Source of the DNA: Schmidtea polychroa | Lineage: Eukaryota | Length of the DNA stretch: 64,000 nucleotides | Reading direction: 5' to 3' | Assembly: GCA_044892525.1 (NCBI GenBank) | Contig: CM097885.1 | Coordinates: forward strand, 3,226,001 to 3,290,000 | Shown here: piece after piece, positions 10,701 through 27,143 of the stretch | Position numbering within the stretch: position 1 is the first letter of the stretch | Layout: every line of letters begins with the position of its first letter | The notes under the pieces: generated by a model | Told to the model about the DNA's origin: nothing | Databases searched by the model: none | Seen by the model: only the letters and a program-made list of their open reading frames with translations | Position numbers and translations under genes: made by a program

Positions 10701-13700
10701 TATAGAGATAGAGATATAGAGATATAGATAGAGATAGAGAGATAAAGAGAGATATAGAGATATAGAGAAATATAGATAGAGAGATATAGATAGAGATATA
10801 GAGATAGAGATATAGAGATAGAGATAGGGAGATATAGAGATAGAGATAGGGAGATAGAGATAGGGAGATATAGAGATAGGGAGATATAGATATAGGGAGA
10901 TAGAGAGGGAGATATAGAGATAGAGATATAGAGATATAGATAGAGATAGAGAGATAAAGAGAGATATAGAGATATAGAGAAATATAGATAGAGAGATATA
11001 GATAGAGATATAGAGATAGAGATATAGAGATAGAGATAGGGAGATAAAGATATAGATATAGAGAGATAGAGATAGGGAGATATAGAGATAGAGATAGATA
11101 TAGATATAGGGAGATAGAGTGGGAGATATAGAGATAGAGATATAGAGATATAGATAGAGATAGAGAGATAGAGATAGGGAGATATAGAGATAGAGATATA
11201 GAGATAGAGATAGAGATATAGATATAGAGAGAGAGATAGGGAGATAGAGATAGGGAGATAGAGATAGGGAGATATAGAGATAGGGAGATATAGAGATAGG
11301 GAGATATAGAGATAGAGATAGGGAGATAGAGATAGGGAGATAGAGATAGGGAGATATAGAGATAGAGATAGGTAGATAGAGATATGGAGATATAGAGATA
11401 TGGAGATATAGAGATAGGGAGATATAGAGATAGGGAGATATAGAGATAGGGAGATATAGAGATAGGGAGATAGAGATAGGGAGATATAGAGATAGAGATA
11501 GGGAGATAGAGATATAGATATAGAGAGATAGAGATAGGGAGATAGAGATAGGGAGATAGAGATAGGGAGATAGAGATAGGGAGATATAGAGATAGAGATA
11601 GGTAGACAGAGATATGGAGATATAGAGATAGGGAGATATAGAGATAGGGAGATATAGAGATAGGGAGATATAGAGATAGGGAGATAGAGATAGGGAGATA
11701 GAGATAGGGAGATATAGAGATAGAGATAGGTAGATAGAGATATGGAGATATAGGGAGATATAGAGATAGGGAGATATAGAGATAGGGAGATATAGAGATA
11801 GGGAGATATAGAGATAGGGAGATAGAGATAGGGAGATATAGAGATAGAGATAGGGAGATAGAGATATAGATATAGAGAGATAGAGATAGGGAGATAGAGA
11901 TAGGGAGATAGAGATAGGGAGATATAGAGATAGAGATATGGAGATATAGAGATAGGGAGATATAGAGATAGGGAGATATAGAGATAGGGAGATATAGAGA
12001 TAGGGAGATATAGAGATAGGGAGATATAGAGATAGGGAGATAGAGATAGGGAGATATAGAGATAGAGATAGGGAGATAGAGATATAGATATAGAGAGATA
12101 GAGATAGGGAGATAGAGATAGGGAGATATAGAGATAGGGAGATATAGAGATAGGGAGATATAGAGATAGGGAGATAGAGATAGGGAGATAGAGATAGGGA
12201 GATATAGAGATAGAGATAGGTAGATAGAGATATGGAGATATAGAGATAGGGAGATATAGAGATAGGGAGATATAGAGATAGGGAGATATAGAGATAGGGA
12301 GATATAGAGATAGGGAGATAGAGATAGGGAGATATAGAGATAGAGATAGGGAGATATAGAGATAGGGAGATATAGAGATAGGGAGATATAGAGATAGGGA
12401 GATATAGAGATAGGGAGATATAGAGATAGGGAGATAGAGATAGGGAGATATAGAGATAGAGATAGGGAGATAGAGATATAGATATAGAGAGATAGAGATA
12501 GGGAGATAGAGATAGGGAGATATAGAGATAGGGAGATATAGAGATAGGGAGATATAGAGATAGGGAGATATAGAGATAGGGAGATATAGAGATAGGGAGA
12601 TATAGAGATAGGGAGATATAGAGATAGGGAGATATAGAGATAGGGAGATATAGAGATAGGGAGATAGAGATAGAGATATAGATATAGAGAGATAGGGAGA
12701 TAGAGATAGGGAGATAGAGATAGGGAGATATAGAGATAGGGAGATATAGAGATAGGGAGATATAGAGATAGGGAGATATAGAGATAGGGAGATATAGAGA
12801 TAGGGAGATATAGAGATAGGGAGATATAGAGATAGGGAGATATAGAGATAGGGAGATATAGAGATAGGGAGATATAGAGATAGGGAGATATAGAGATAGG
12901 GAGATATAGAGATAGGGAGATATAGAGATAGGGAGATATAGAGATAGGGAGATATAGGGATAGGGAGATATAGAGATATAGATATAGATATAGAGAGATA
13001 GAGATATAGATATAGAGAGATAGAGATAGGGAGATAGAGATAGGGAGATAGAGATAGGGAGATATAGAGATAGGGAGATATAGAGATAGGGAGATATAGA
13101 GATAGGGAGATATAGAGATAGGGAGATATAAAGATAGGGAGATATAGAGATAGAGATATAATAGAGATAGGGAGATATAGAGATAGGGAGATATAGAGAT
13201 AGGGAGATATAGAGAGAGATAGAGATATAGATATAGAGAGATAGGGAGATAGAGATAGGGAGATAGAGATATAGAGAGATAGAGATAGGGAGATAGAGAT
13301 AGGGAGATATAGAGATAGGGAGATATAGAGATAGGGAGATATAGAGATAGGGAGATATAGAGATAGGGAGATATAGAGATAGGGAGATATAGAGATAGGG
13401 AGATATAGAGATAGGGAGATATAGAGATAGGGAGATATAGATAGAGATATAGATATAGAGAGATAGGGAGATAGAGATAGGGAGATATAGAGATAGGGAG
13501 ATATAGAGATAGGGAGATAGAGATAGAGATATAGATATAGAGATAGGGAGATATAGAGATAGGGAGATATAGAGATAGGGAGATATAGAGATAGGGAGAT
13601 ATAGAGATAGGGAGATATAGAGATAGAGATATAGATATAGAGATAGGGAGATATAGAGATAGAGATATAGATATAGATATAGAGAGATAGAGATATAGAT

Positions 13701-16700
13701 ATAGAGAGATAGAGATAGGGAGATAGAGATAGGGAGATATAGAGATAGGGAGATATAGAGATAGGGAGATAGAGATAGGGAGATATAGAGATAGAGATAG
13801 GGAGATATAGAGATAGGGAGATATAGAGATAGGGAGATATAGAGATAGGGAGATATAGAGATAGGGAGATATAGAGATAGGGAGATAGAGATAGGGAGAT
13901 ATAGAGATAGAGATAGGGAGATAGAGATATAGATATAGAGAGATAGAGATAGGGAGATAGAGATAGGGAGATATAGAGATAGGGAGATATAGAGATAGGG
14001 AGATATAGAGATAGGGAGATATAGAGATAGGGAGATATAGAGATAGGGAGATATAGAGATAGGGAGATATAGAGATAGGGAGATATAGAGATAGGGAGAT
14101 ATAGAGATAGGGAGATAGAGATAGAGATATAGATATAGAGAGATAGGGAGATAGAGATAGGGAGATAGAGATAGGGAGATAGAGATAGGGAGATATAGAG
14201 ATAGGGAGATATAGAGATAGGGAGATATAGAGATAGGGAGATATAGAGATAGGGAGATATAGAGATAGGGAGATATAGAGATAGGGAGATATAGGGATAG
14301 GGAGATATAGAGATATAGATATAGATATAGAGAGAGAGATAGGGAGATAGAGATAGGGAGATAGAGATAGGGAGATATAGAGATAGGGAGATATAGAGAT
14401 AGGGAGATATAGAGATAGAGATAGGGAGATAGAGATAGGGAGATAGAGATAGGGAGATATAGAGATAGAGATAGGTAGATAGAGATATGGAGATATAGAG
14501 ATATGGAGATATAGAGATAGGGAGATATAGAGATAGGGAGATATAGAGATAGGGAGATATAGAGATAGGGAGATAGAGATAGGGAGATATAGAGATAGAG
14601 ATAGGGAGATAGAGATATAGATATAGAGAGATAGAGATAGGGAGATAGAGATAGGGAGATAGAGATAGGGAGATAGAGATAGGGAGATATAGAGATAGAG
14701 ATAGGTAGACAGAGATATGGAGATATAGAGATAGGGAGATATAGAGATAGGGAGATATAGAGATAGGGAGATATAGAGATAGGGAGATAGAGATAGGGAG
14801 ATAGAGATAGGGAGATATAGAGATAGAGATAGGTAGATAGAGATATGGAGATATAGGGAGATATAGAGATAGGGAGATATAGAGATAGGGAGATATAGAG
14901 ATAGGGAGATATAGAGATAGGGAGATAGAGATAGGGAGATATAGAGATAGAGATAGGGAGATAGAGATATAGATATAGAGAGATAGAGATAGGGAGATAG
15001 AGATAGGGAGATAGAGATAGGGAGATATAGAGATAGAGATATGGAGATATAGAGATAGGGAGATATAGAGATAGGGAGATATAGAGATAGGGAGATATAG
15101 AGATAGGGAGATATAGAGATAGGGAGATATAGAGATAGGGAGATAGAGATAGGGAGATATAGAGATAGAGATAGGGAGATAGAGATATAGATATAGAGAG
15201 ATAGAGATAGGGAGATAGAGATAGGGAGATATAGAGATAGGGAGATATAGAGATAGGGAGATATAGAGATAGGGAGATAGAGATAGGGAGATAGAGATAG
15301 GGAGATATAGAGATAGAGATAGGTAGATAGAGATATGGAGATATAGAGATAGGGAGATATAGAGATAGGGAGATATAGAGATAGGGAGATATAGAGATAG
15401 GGAGATATAGAGATAGGGAGATAGAGATAGGGAGATATAGAGATAGAGATAGGGAGATATAGAGATAGGGAGATATAGAGATAGGGAGATATAGAGATAG
15501 GGAGATATAGAGATAGGGAGATATAGAGATAGGGAGATAGAGATAGGGAGATATAGAGATAGAGATAGGGAGATAGAGATATAGATATAGAGAGATAGAG
15601 ATAGGGAGATAGAGATAGGGAGATATAGAGATAGGGAGATATAGAGATAGGGAGATATAGAGATAGGGAGATATAGAGATAGGGAGATATAGAGATAGGG
15701 AGATATAGAGATAGGGAGATATAGAGATAGGGAGATATAGAGATAGGGAGATATAGAGATAGGGAGATAGAGATAGAGATATAGATATAGAGAGATAGGG
15801 AGATAGAGATAGGGAGATAGAGATAGGGAGATATAGAGATAGGGAGATATAGAGATAGGGAGATATAGAGATAGGGAGATATAGAGATAGGGAGATATAG
15901 AGATAGGGAGATATAGAGATAGGGAGATATAGAGATAGGGAGATATAGAGATAGGGAGATATAGAGATAGGGAGATATAGAGATAGGGAGATATAGAGAT
16001 AGGGAGATATAGAGATAGGGAGATATAGAGATAGGGAGATATAGAGATAGGGAGATATAGGGATAGGGAGATATAGAGATATAGATATAGATATAGAGAG
16101 ATAGAGATATAGATATAGAGAGATAGAGATAGGGAGATAGAGATAGGGAGATAGAGATAGGGAGATATAGAGATAGGGAGATATAGAGATAGGGAGATAT
16201 AGAGATAGGGAGATATAGAGATAGGGAGATATAAAGATAGGGAGATATAGAGATAGAGATATAATAGAGATAGGGAGATATAGAGATAGGGAGATATAGA
16301 GATAGGGAGATATAGAGAGAGATAGAGATATAGATATAGAGAGATAGGGAGATAGAGATAGGGAGATAGAGATATAGAGAGATAGAGATAGGGAGATAGA
16401 GATAGGGAGATATAGAGATAGGGAGATATAGAGATAGGGAGATATAGAGATAGGGAGATATAGAGATAGGGAGATATAGAGATAGGGAGATATAGAGATA
16501 GGGAGATATAGAGATAGGGAGATATAGAGATAGGGAGATATAGATAGAGATATAGATATAGAGAGATAGGGAGATAGAGATAGGGAGATATAGAGATAGG
16601 GAGATATAGAGATAGGGAGATAGAGATAGAGATATAGATATAGAGATAGGGAGATATAGAGATAGGGAGATATAGAGATAGGGAGATATAGAGATAGGGA

Positions 16701-19528
16701 GATATAGAGATAGGGAGATATAGAGATAGAGATATAGATATAGAGATAGGGAGATATAGAGATAGAGATATAGATATAGATATAGAGAGATAGAGATATA
16801 GATATAGAGAGATAGAGATAGGGAGATAGAGATAGGGAGATATAGAGATAGGGAGATATAGAGATAGGGAGATAGAGATAGGGAGATATAGAGATAGAGA
16901 TAGGGAGATATAGAGATAGGGAGATATAGAGATAGGGAGATATAGAGATAGGGAGATATAGAGATAGGGAGATATAGAGATAGGGAGATAGAGATAGGGA
17001 GATATAGAGATAGAGATAGGGAGATAGAGATATAGATATAGAGAGATAGAGATAGGGAGATAGAGATAGGGAGATATAGAGATAGGGAGATATAGAGATA
17101 GGGAGATATAGAGATAGGGAGATATAGAGATAGGGAGATATAGAGATAGGGAGATATAGAGATAGGGAGATATAGAGATAGGGAGATATAGAGATAGGGA
17201 GATATAGAGATAGGGAGATAGAGATAGAGATATAGATATAGAGAGATAGGGAGATAGAGATAGGGAGATAGAGATAGGGAGATAGAGATAGGGAGATATA
17301 GAGATAGGGAGATATAGAGATAGGGAGATATAGAGATAGGGAGATATAGAGATAGGGAGATATAGAGATAGGGAGATATAGAGATAGGGAGATATAGGGA
17401 TAGGGAGATATAGAGATATAGATATAGATATAGAGAGATAGAGATATAGATATAGAGAGATAGAGATAGGGAGATAGAGATAGGGAGATAGAGATAGGGA
17501 GATATAGAGATAGGGAGATATAGAGATAGGGAGATATAGAGATAGAGAGATATAGAGATAGGGAGATATAAAGATAGGGAGATATAGAGATAGAGATATA
17601 ATAGAGATAGGGAGATATAGAGATAGGGAGATATAGAGATAGGGAGATATAGAGAGAGATAGAGATATAGATATAGAGAGATAGGGAGATAGAGATAGGG
17701 AGATAGAGATATAGAGAGATAGAGATAGGGAGATAGAGATAGGGAGATATAGAGATAGGGAGATATAGAGATAGGGAGATATAGAGATAGGGAGATATAG
17801 AGATAGGGAGATATAGAGATAGGGAGATATAGAGATAGGGAGATATAGAGATAGGGAGATATAGAGATAGGGAGATATAGATAGAGATATAGATATAGAG
17901 AGATAGGGAGATAGAGATAGGGAGATATAGAGATAGGGAGATATAGAGATAGGGAGATAGAGATAGAGATATAGATATAGAGATAGGGAGATATAGAGAT
18001 AGGGAGATATAGAGATAGGGAGATATAGAGATAGGGAGATATAGAGATAGGGAGATATAGAGATAGAGATATAGATATAGAGATAGGGAGATATAGAGAT
18101 AGAGATATAGATATAGATATAGAGAGATAGAGATATAGATATAGAGAGATAGAGATAGGGAGATAGAGATAGGGAGATATAGAGATAGGGAGATATAGAG
18201 ATAGGGAGATATAGAGATAGGGAGATATAGAGATAGGGAGATATAAAGATAGGGAGATATAGAGATAGAGATATAGATATAGAGATAGGGAGATATAGAG
18301 ATAGGGAGATATAGAGAGAGATAGAGATATAGATATATAGAGATAGGGAGATATAGAGATAGGGAGATATAGAGATAGGGAGATATAGAGATAGGGAGAT
18401 AGAGATAGGGAGATATAGAGATAGGGAGATATAGAGATAGGGAGATAGAGATAGAGATATAGATATAGAGATAGGGAGATATAGAGATAGGGAGATATAG
18501 AGATAGGGAGATATAGAGATAGGGAGATATAGAGATAGGGAGATATAGAGATAGAGATATAGATATAGAGATAGGGAGATATAGAGATAGAGATATAGAT
18601 ATAGATATAGAGAGATAGAGATAGGGAGATAGAGATAGGGAGATATAGAGATAGGGAGATATAGAGATAGGGAGATATAAAGATAGGGAGATATAGAGAT
18701 AGAGATATAGATATAGAGATAGGGAGATATAGAGATAGGGAGATATAAAGATAGGGAGATATAGAGATAGGGAGATATAGAGATAGGGAGATATAGAGAT
18801 AGGGAGATATAAAGATAGGGAGATATAGAGATAGAGATATAGATATAGAGATAGGGAGATATAGAGATAGAGATATAGATATAGATATAGAGAGATAGAG
18901 ATAGGGAGATAGAGATAGGGAGATATAGAGATAGGGAGATATAGAGATAGGGAGATATAGAGATAGGGAGATATAGAGATAGGGAGATATAAAGATAGGG
19001 AGATATAGAGATAGAGATATAGATATAGAGATAGGGAGATATAGAGATAGGGAGATATAAAGATAGGGAGATATAGAGATAGAGATATAGATATAGAGAT
19101 AGGGAGATATAGAGATAGGGAGATATAAAGATAGGGAGATATAGAGATAGAGATATAGATATAGAGATAGGGAGATAGAGAGATAGGGAGACAGAGATAG
19201 GGAGATAGAGATAAAGAGAGATATAGAGATATAGAGAGAAATATAGATAGAGAGATATAGATAGAGATATAAAGAGATAGAGATAGAGATAGGGAGATAT
19301 AGAGATAGAGATAGGGAGATAGAGATAGGGAGATAGAGATAGGGAGATATAGAGATAGAGATTGAGATAGAGATAGAGATATAGAGAGATAGAGATAGGG
19401 AGATATAGAGATAGAGATAGAGATATAGAGAGATAGAGATAGGGAGATATAGAGATAGAGATAGAGATATAGAGATAGAGATATAGAGATAGAGATATAG
19501 ATATAGAGAGAGAGATATAGAGATAGAG

Positions 19529-19559
<31 letters not shown>

Positions 19560-22500
19560 TAGGGAGATAGAGATAGGGAGATAGAGATAGGGAGATATAG
19601 AGATAGGGAGATATAGAAATAGGGAGATATAGAGATAGGGAGATATAGAGATAGAGATAGGGAGATATAGAGATAGGGAGATATAGAGATAGAGATAGGG
19701 AGATAGAGATATAGATATAGAGAGATAGAGATAGGGAGATAGAGATAGGGAGATAGAGATAGGGAGATAGAGATAGGGAGATATAGAGATAGAGATATAG
19801 AGATAGGGAGATAGAGATAGGGAGATATAGAGATAGGGAGATATAGAGATAGGGAGATAGAGATAGAGATATAGATATAGAGATAGGGAGATATAGAGAT
19901 AGGGAGATATAGAGATAGGGAGATATAGAGATAGGGAGATATAGAGATAGGGAGATATAGAGATAGAGATATAGATATAGAGATAGGGAGATATAGAGAT
20001 AGAGATATAGATATAGATATAGAGAGATAGAGATATAGATATAGAGAGATAGAGATAGGGAGATAGAGATATAGAGATAGGGAGATATAGAGATAGGGAG
20101 ATATAGAGATAGGGAGATATAGAGATAGGGAGATAGAGATAGAGATAAAGATATAGAGAGATAGGGAGATAGAGATAGGGAGATAGAGATAGGGAGATAG
20201 AGATAGAGATATAGAGATAGAGATAGGGAGATATAGAGATAGAGATATAGAGAGATAGAGATAGAGATATAGATATAGAGATAGAGATAGGGAGATATAG
20301 AGATAGAGAGAGATAGGGAGATAGAGATATAGATATAGAGAGATAGAGATAGGGAGATATAGAGATAGAGATAGAGATATAGAGATAGAGATATAGAGAT
20401 AGGGAGATAGAGATATAGATATAGGGAGATAGAGAGGGAGATATAGAGATAGAGATATAGAGATATAGATAGAGATAGAGAGATAAAGAGAGATATAGAG
20501 ATATAGAGAAATATAGATAGAGAGATATAGATAGAGATATAGAGATAGAGATATAGAGATAGAGATAGGGAGATATAGAGATAGAGATAGGGAGATAGAG
20601 ATAGGGAGATATAGAGATAGGGAGATATAGATATAGGGAGATAGAGAGGGAGATATAGAGATAGAGATATAGAGATATAGATAGAGATAGAGAGATAAAG
20701 AGAGATAGAGAAATATAGATAGAGAGATATAGATAGAGATATAGAGATAGAGATATAGAGATAGAGATAGGGAGATAAAGATATAGATATAGAGAGATAG
20801 AGATAGATATAGATATAGGGAGATAGAGAGGGAGATATAGAGATAGAGATATAGAGATATAGATAGAGATAGAGAGATAGAGATAGGGAGATATAGAGAT
20901 AGAGATATAGAGATAGAGATAGAGATATAGATATAGAGAGAGAGATAGGGAGATAGAGATAGGGAGATAGAGATAGGGAGATATAGAGATAGGGAGATAT
21001 AGAGATAGGGAGATATAGAGATAGAGATAGGGAGATAGAGATAGGGAGATAGAGATAGGGAGATATAGAGATAGAGATAGGTAGATAGAGATATGGAGAT
21101 ATAGAGATATGGAGATATAGAGATAGGGAGATATAGAGATAGGGAGATATAGAGATAGGGAGATATAGAGATAGGGAGATAGAGATAGGGAGATATAGAG
21201 ATAGAGATAGGGAGATAGAGATATAGATATAGAGAGATAGAGATAGGGAGATAGAGATAGGGAGATAGAGATAGGGAGATAGAGATAGGGAGATATAGAG
21301 ATAGAGATAGGTAGACAGAGATATGGAGATATAGAGATAGGGAGATATAGAGATAGGGAGATATAGAGATAGGGAGATATAGAGATAGGGAGATAGAGAT
21401 AGGGAGATAGAGATAGGGAGATATAGAGATAGAGATAGGTAGATAGAGATATGGAGATATAGAGATAGGGAGATATAGAGATAGGGAGATATAGAGATAG
21501 GGAGATATAGAGATAGGGAGATATAGAGATAGGGAGATATAGAGATAGGGAGATAGAGATAGGGAGATATAGAGATAGAGATAGGGAGATAGAGATATAG
21601 ATATAGAGAGATAGAGATAGGGAGATAGAGATAGGGAGATAGAGATAGGGAGATATAGAGATAGAGATATGGAGATATAGAGATAGGGAGATATAGAGAT
21701 AGGGAGATATAGAGATAGGGAGATATAGAGATAGGGAGATATAGAGATAGGGAGATATAGAGATAGGGAGATAGAGATAGGGAGATATAGAGATAGAGAT
21801 AGGGAGATAGAGATATAGATATAGAGAGATAGAGATAGGGAGATAGAGATAGGGAGATATAGAGATAAGGAGATATAGAGATAGGGAGATATAGAGATAG
21901 GGAGATAGAGATAGGGAGATAGAGATAGGGAGATATAGAGATAGAGATAGGTAGATAGAGATATGGAGATATAGAGATAGGGAGATATAGAGATAGGGAG
22001 ATATAGAGATAGGGAGATATAGAGATAGGGAGATATAGAGATAGGGAGATAGAGATAGGGAGATATAGAGATAGAGATAGGGAGATATAGAGATAGGGAG
22101 ATATAGAGATAGGGAGATATAGAGATAGGGAGATATAGAGATAGGGAGATATAGAGATAGGGAGATATAGAGATAGGGAGATAGAGATAGGGAGATATAG
22201 AGATAGAGATAGGGAGATAGAGATATAGATATAGAGAGATAGAGATAGGGAGATAGAGATAGGGAGATATAGAGATAGGGAGATATAGAGATAGGGAGAT
22301 ATAGAGATAGGGAGATATAGAGATAGGGAGATATAGAGATAGGGAGATATAGAGATAGGGAGATATAGAGATAGGGAGATATAGAGATAGGGAGATATAG
22401 AGATAGGGAGATATAGAGATAGGGAGATAGAGATATAGATATAGAGAGATAGGGAGATAGAGATAGGGAGATAGAGATAGGGAGATAGAGATAGGGAGAT

Positions 22501-25500
22501 AGAGATAGGGAGATATAGAGATAGGGAGATATAGAGATAGGGAGATATAGAGATAGGGAGATATAGAGATAGGGAGATATAGAGATAGGGAGATATAGAG
22601 ATAGGGAGATATAGAGATAGGGAGATATAGAGATAGGGAGATATAGAGATAGGGAGATATAGAGATAGGGAGATATAGGGATAGGGAGATATAGAGATAT
22701 AGATATAGATATAGAGAGATAGAGATATAGATATAGAGAGATAGAGATAGGGAGATAGAGATAGGGAGATAGAGATAGGGAGATATAGAGATAGGGAGAT
22801 ATAGAGATAGGGAGATATAGAGATAGGGAGATATAGAGATAGGGAGATATAAAGATAGGGAGATATAGAGATAGAGATATAGATATAGAGATAGGGAGAT
22901 ATAGAGATAGGGAGATATAGAGATAGGGAGATATAGAGATAGGGAGATATAGAGAGAGATAGAGATATAGATATAGAGAGATAGGGAGATAGAGATAGGG
23001 AGATAGAGATATAGAGAGATAGAGATAGGGAGATAGAGATAGGGAGATATAGAGATAGGGAGATATAGAGATAGGGAGATATAGAGATAGGGAGATATAG
23101 AGATAGGGAGATATAGAGATAGGGAGATATAGAGATAGGGAGATATAGAGATAGGGAGATATAGAGATAGGGAGATATAGATAGAGATATAGATATAGAG
23201 AGATAGGGAGATAGAGATAGGGAGATATAGAGATAGGGAGATATAGAGATAGGGAGATATAGAGATAGGGAGATATAGAGATAGAGATATAGATATAGAT
23301 ATAGAGAGATAGAGATATAGATATAGAGAGATAGAGATAGGGAGATAGAGATATAGAGATAGGGAGATATAGAGATAGGGAGATATAGAGATAGGGAGAT
23401 ATAGAGATAGGGAGATAGAGATAGAGATAAAGATATAGAGAGATAGGGAGATAGAGATAGGGAGATAGAGATAGGGAGATAGAGATAGAGATATAGAGAT
23501 AGAGATAGGGAGATATAGAGATAGAGATATAGAGAGATAGAGATAGAGATATAGATATAGAGATAGAGATAGGGAGATATAGAGATAGAGAGAGATAGGG
23601 AGATAGAGATATAGATATAGAGAGATAGAGATAGGGAGATATAGAGATAGAGATAGAGATATAGAGATAGAGATATAGAGATAGGGAGATAGAGATATAG
23701 ATATAGGGAGATAGAGAGGGAGATATAGAGATAGAGATATAGAGATATAGATAGAGATAGAGAGATAAAGAGAGATATAGAGATATAGAGAAATATAGAT
23801 AGAGAGATATAGATAGAGATATAGAGATAGAGATATAGAGATAGAGATAGGGAGATATAGAGATAGAGATAGGGAGATAGAGATAGGGAGATATAGAGAT
23901 AGGGAGATATAGATATAGGGAGATAGAGAGGGAGATATAGAGATAGAGATATAGAGATATAGATAGAGATAGAGAGATAAAGAGAGATAGAGAAATATAG
24001 ATAGAGAGATATAGATAGAGATATAGAGATAGAGATATAGAGATAGAGATAGGGAGATAAAGATATAGATATAGAGAGATAGAGATAGATATAGATATAG
24101 GGAGATAGAGAGGGAGATATAGAGATAGAGATATAGAGATATAGATAGAGATAGAGAGATAGAGATAGGGAGATATAGAGATAGAGATATAGAGATAGAG
24201 ATAGAGATATAGATATAGAGAGAGAGATAGGGAGATAGAGATAGGGAGATAGAGATAGGGAGATATAGAGATAGGGAGATATAGAGATAGGGAGATATAG
24301 AGATAGAGATAGGGAGATAGAGATAGGGAGATAGAGATAGGGAGATATAGAGATAGAGATAGGTAGATAGAGATATGGAGATATAGAGATATGGAGATAT
24401 AGAGATAGGGAGATATAGAGATAGGGAGATATAGAGATAGGGAGATATAGAGATAGGGAGATAGAGATAGGGAGATATAGAGATAGAGATAGGGAGATAG
24501 AGATATAGATATAGAGAGATAGAGATAGGGAGATAGAGATAGGGAGATAGAGATAGGGAGATAGAGATAGGGAGATATAGAGATAGAGATAGGTAGACAG
24601 AGATATGGAGATATAGAGATAGGGAGATATAGAGATAGGGAGATATAGAGATAGGGAGATATAGAGATAGGGAGATAGAGATAGGGAGATAGAGATAGGG
24701 AGATATAGAGATAGAGATAGGTAGATAGAGATATGGAGATATAGAGATAGGGAGATATAGAGATAGGGAGATATAGAGATAGGGAGATATAGAGATAGGG
24801 AGATATAGAGATAGGGAGATATAGAGATAGGGAGATAGAGATAGGGAGATATAGAGATAGAGATAGGGAGATAGAGATATAGATATAGAGAGATAGAGAT
24901 AGGGAGATAGAGATAGGGAGATAGAGATAGGGAGATATAGAGATAGAGATATGGAGATATAGAGATAGGGAGATATAGAGATAGGGAGATATAGAGATAG
25001 GGAGATATAGAGATAGGGAGATATAGAGATAGGGAGATATAGAGATAGGGAGATAGAGATAGGGAGATATAGAGATAGAGATAGGGAGATAGAGATATAG
25101 ATATAGAGAGATAGAGATAGGGAGATAGAGATAGGGAGATATAGAGATAAGGAGATATAGAGATAGGGAGATATAGAGATAGGGAGATAGAGATAGGGAG
25201 ATAGAGATAGGGAGATATAGAGATAGAGATAGGTAGATAGAGATATGGAGATATAGAGATAGGGAGATATAGAGATAGGGAGATATAGAGATAGGGAGAT
25301 ATAGAGATAGGGAGATATAGAGATAGGGAGATAGAGATAGGGAGATATAGAGATAGAGATAGGGAGATATAGAGATAGGGAGATATAGAGATAGGGAGAT
25401 ATAGAGATAGGGAGATATAGAGATAGGGAGATATAGAGATAGGGAGATATAGAGATAGGGAGATAGAGATAGGGAGATATAGAGATAGAGATAGGGAGAT

Positions 25501-27096
25501 AGAGATATAGATATAGAGAGATAGAGATAGGGAGATAGAGATAGGGAGATATAGAGATAGGGAGATATAGAGATAGGGAGATATAGAGATAGGGAGATAT
25601 AGAGATAGGGAGATATAGAGATAGGGAGATATAGAGATAGGGAGATATAGAGATAGGGAGATATAGAGATAGGGAGATATAGAGATAGGGAGATATAGAG
25701 ATAGGGAGATAGAGATATAGATATAGAGAGATAGGGAGATAGAGATAGGGAGATAGAGATAGGGAGATAGAGATAGGGAGATAGAGATAGGGAGATATAG
25801 AGATAGGGAGATATAGAGATAGGGAGATATAGAGATAGGGAGATATAGAGATAGGGAGATATAGAGATAGGGAGATATAGAGATAGGGAGATATAGAGAT
25901 AGGGAGATATAGAGATAGGGAGATATAGAGATAGGGAGATATAGAGATAGGGAGATATAGGGATAGGGAGATATAGAGATATAGATATAGATATAGAGAG
26001 ATAGAGATATAGATATAGAGAGATAGAGATAGGGAGATAGAGATAGGGAGATAGAGATAGGGAGATATAGAGATAGGGAGATATAGAGATAGGGAGATAT
26101 AGAGATAGGGAGATATAGAGATAGGGAGATATAAAGATAGGGAGATATAGAGATAGAGATATAGATATAGAGATAGGGAGATATAGAGATAGGGAGATAT
26201 AGAGATAGGGAGATATAGAGAGAGATAGAGATATAGATATAGAGAGATAGGGAGATAGAGATAGGGAGATAGAGATATAGAGAGATAGAGATAGGGAGAT
26301 AGAGATAGGGAGATATAGAGATAGGGAGATATAGAGATAGGGAGATATAGAGATAGGGAGATATAGAGATAGGGAGATATAGAGATAGGGAGATATAGAG
26401 ATAGGGAGATATAGAGATAGGGAGATATAGAGATAGGGAGATATAGATAGAGATATAGATATAGAGAGATAGGGAGATAGAGATAGGGAGATATAGAGAT
26501 AGGGAGATATAGAGATAGGGAGATATAGAGATAGGGAGATATAGAGATAGGGAGATATAAAGATAGGGAGATATAGAGATAGAGATATAGATATAGAGAT
26601 AGGGAGATATAGAGATAGGGAGATATAAAGATAGGGAGATATAGAGATAGAGATATAGATATAGAGATAGGGAGATATAGAGATAGGGAGATATAAAGAT
26701 AGGGAGATATAGAGATAGAGATATAGATATAGAGATAGGGAGATAGAGAGATAGGGAGACAGAGATAGGGAGATAGAGATAAAGAGAGATATAGAGATAT
26801 AGAGAGAAATATAGATAGAGAGATATAGATAGAGATATAAAGAGATAGAGATAGAGATAGGGAGATATAGAGATAGAGATAGGGAGATAGAGATAGGGAG
26901 ATAGAGATAGGGAGATATAGAGATAGAGATTGAGATAGAGATAGAGATATAGAGAGATAGAGATAGGGAGATATAGAGATAGAGATAGAGATATAGAGAG
27001 ATAGAGATAGGGAGATATAGAGATAGAGATAGAGATATAGAGATAGAGATATAGAGATAGAGATATAGATATAGAGAGAGAGATATAGAGATAGAG

Positions 27097-27143
<47 letters not shown>

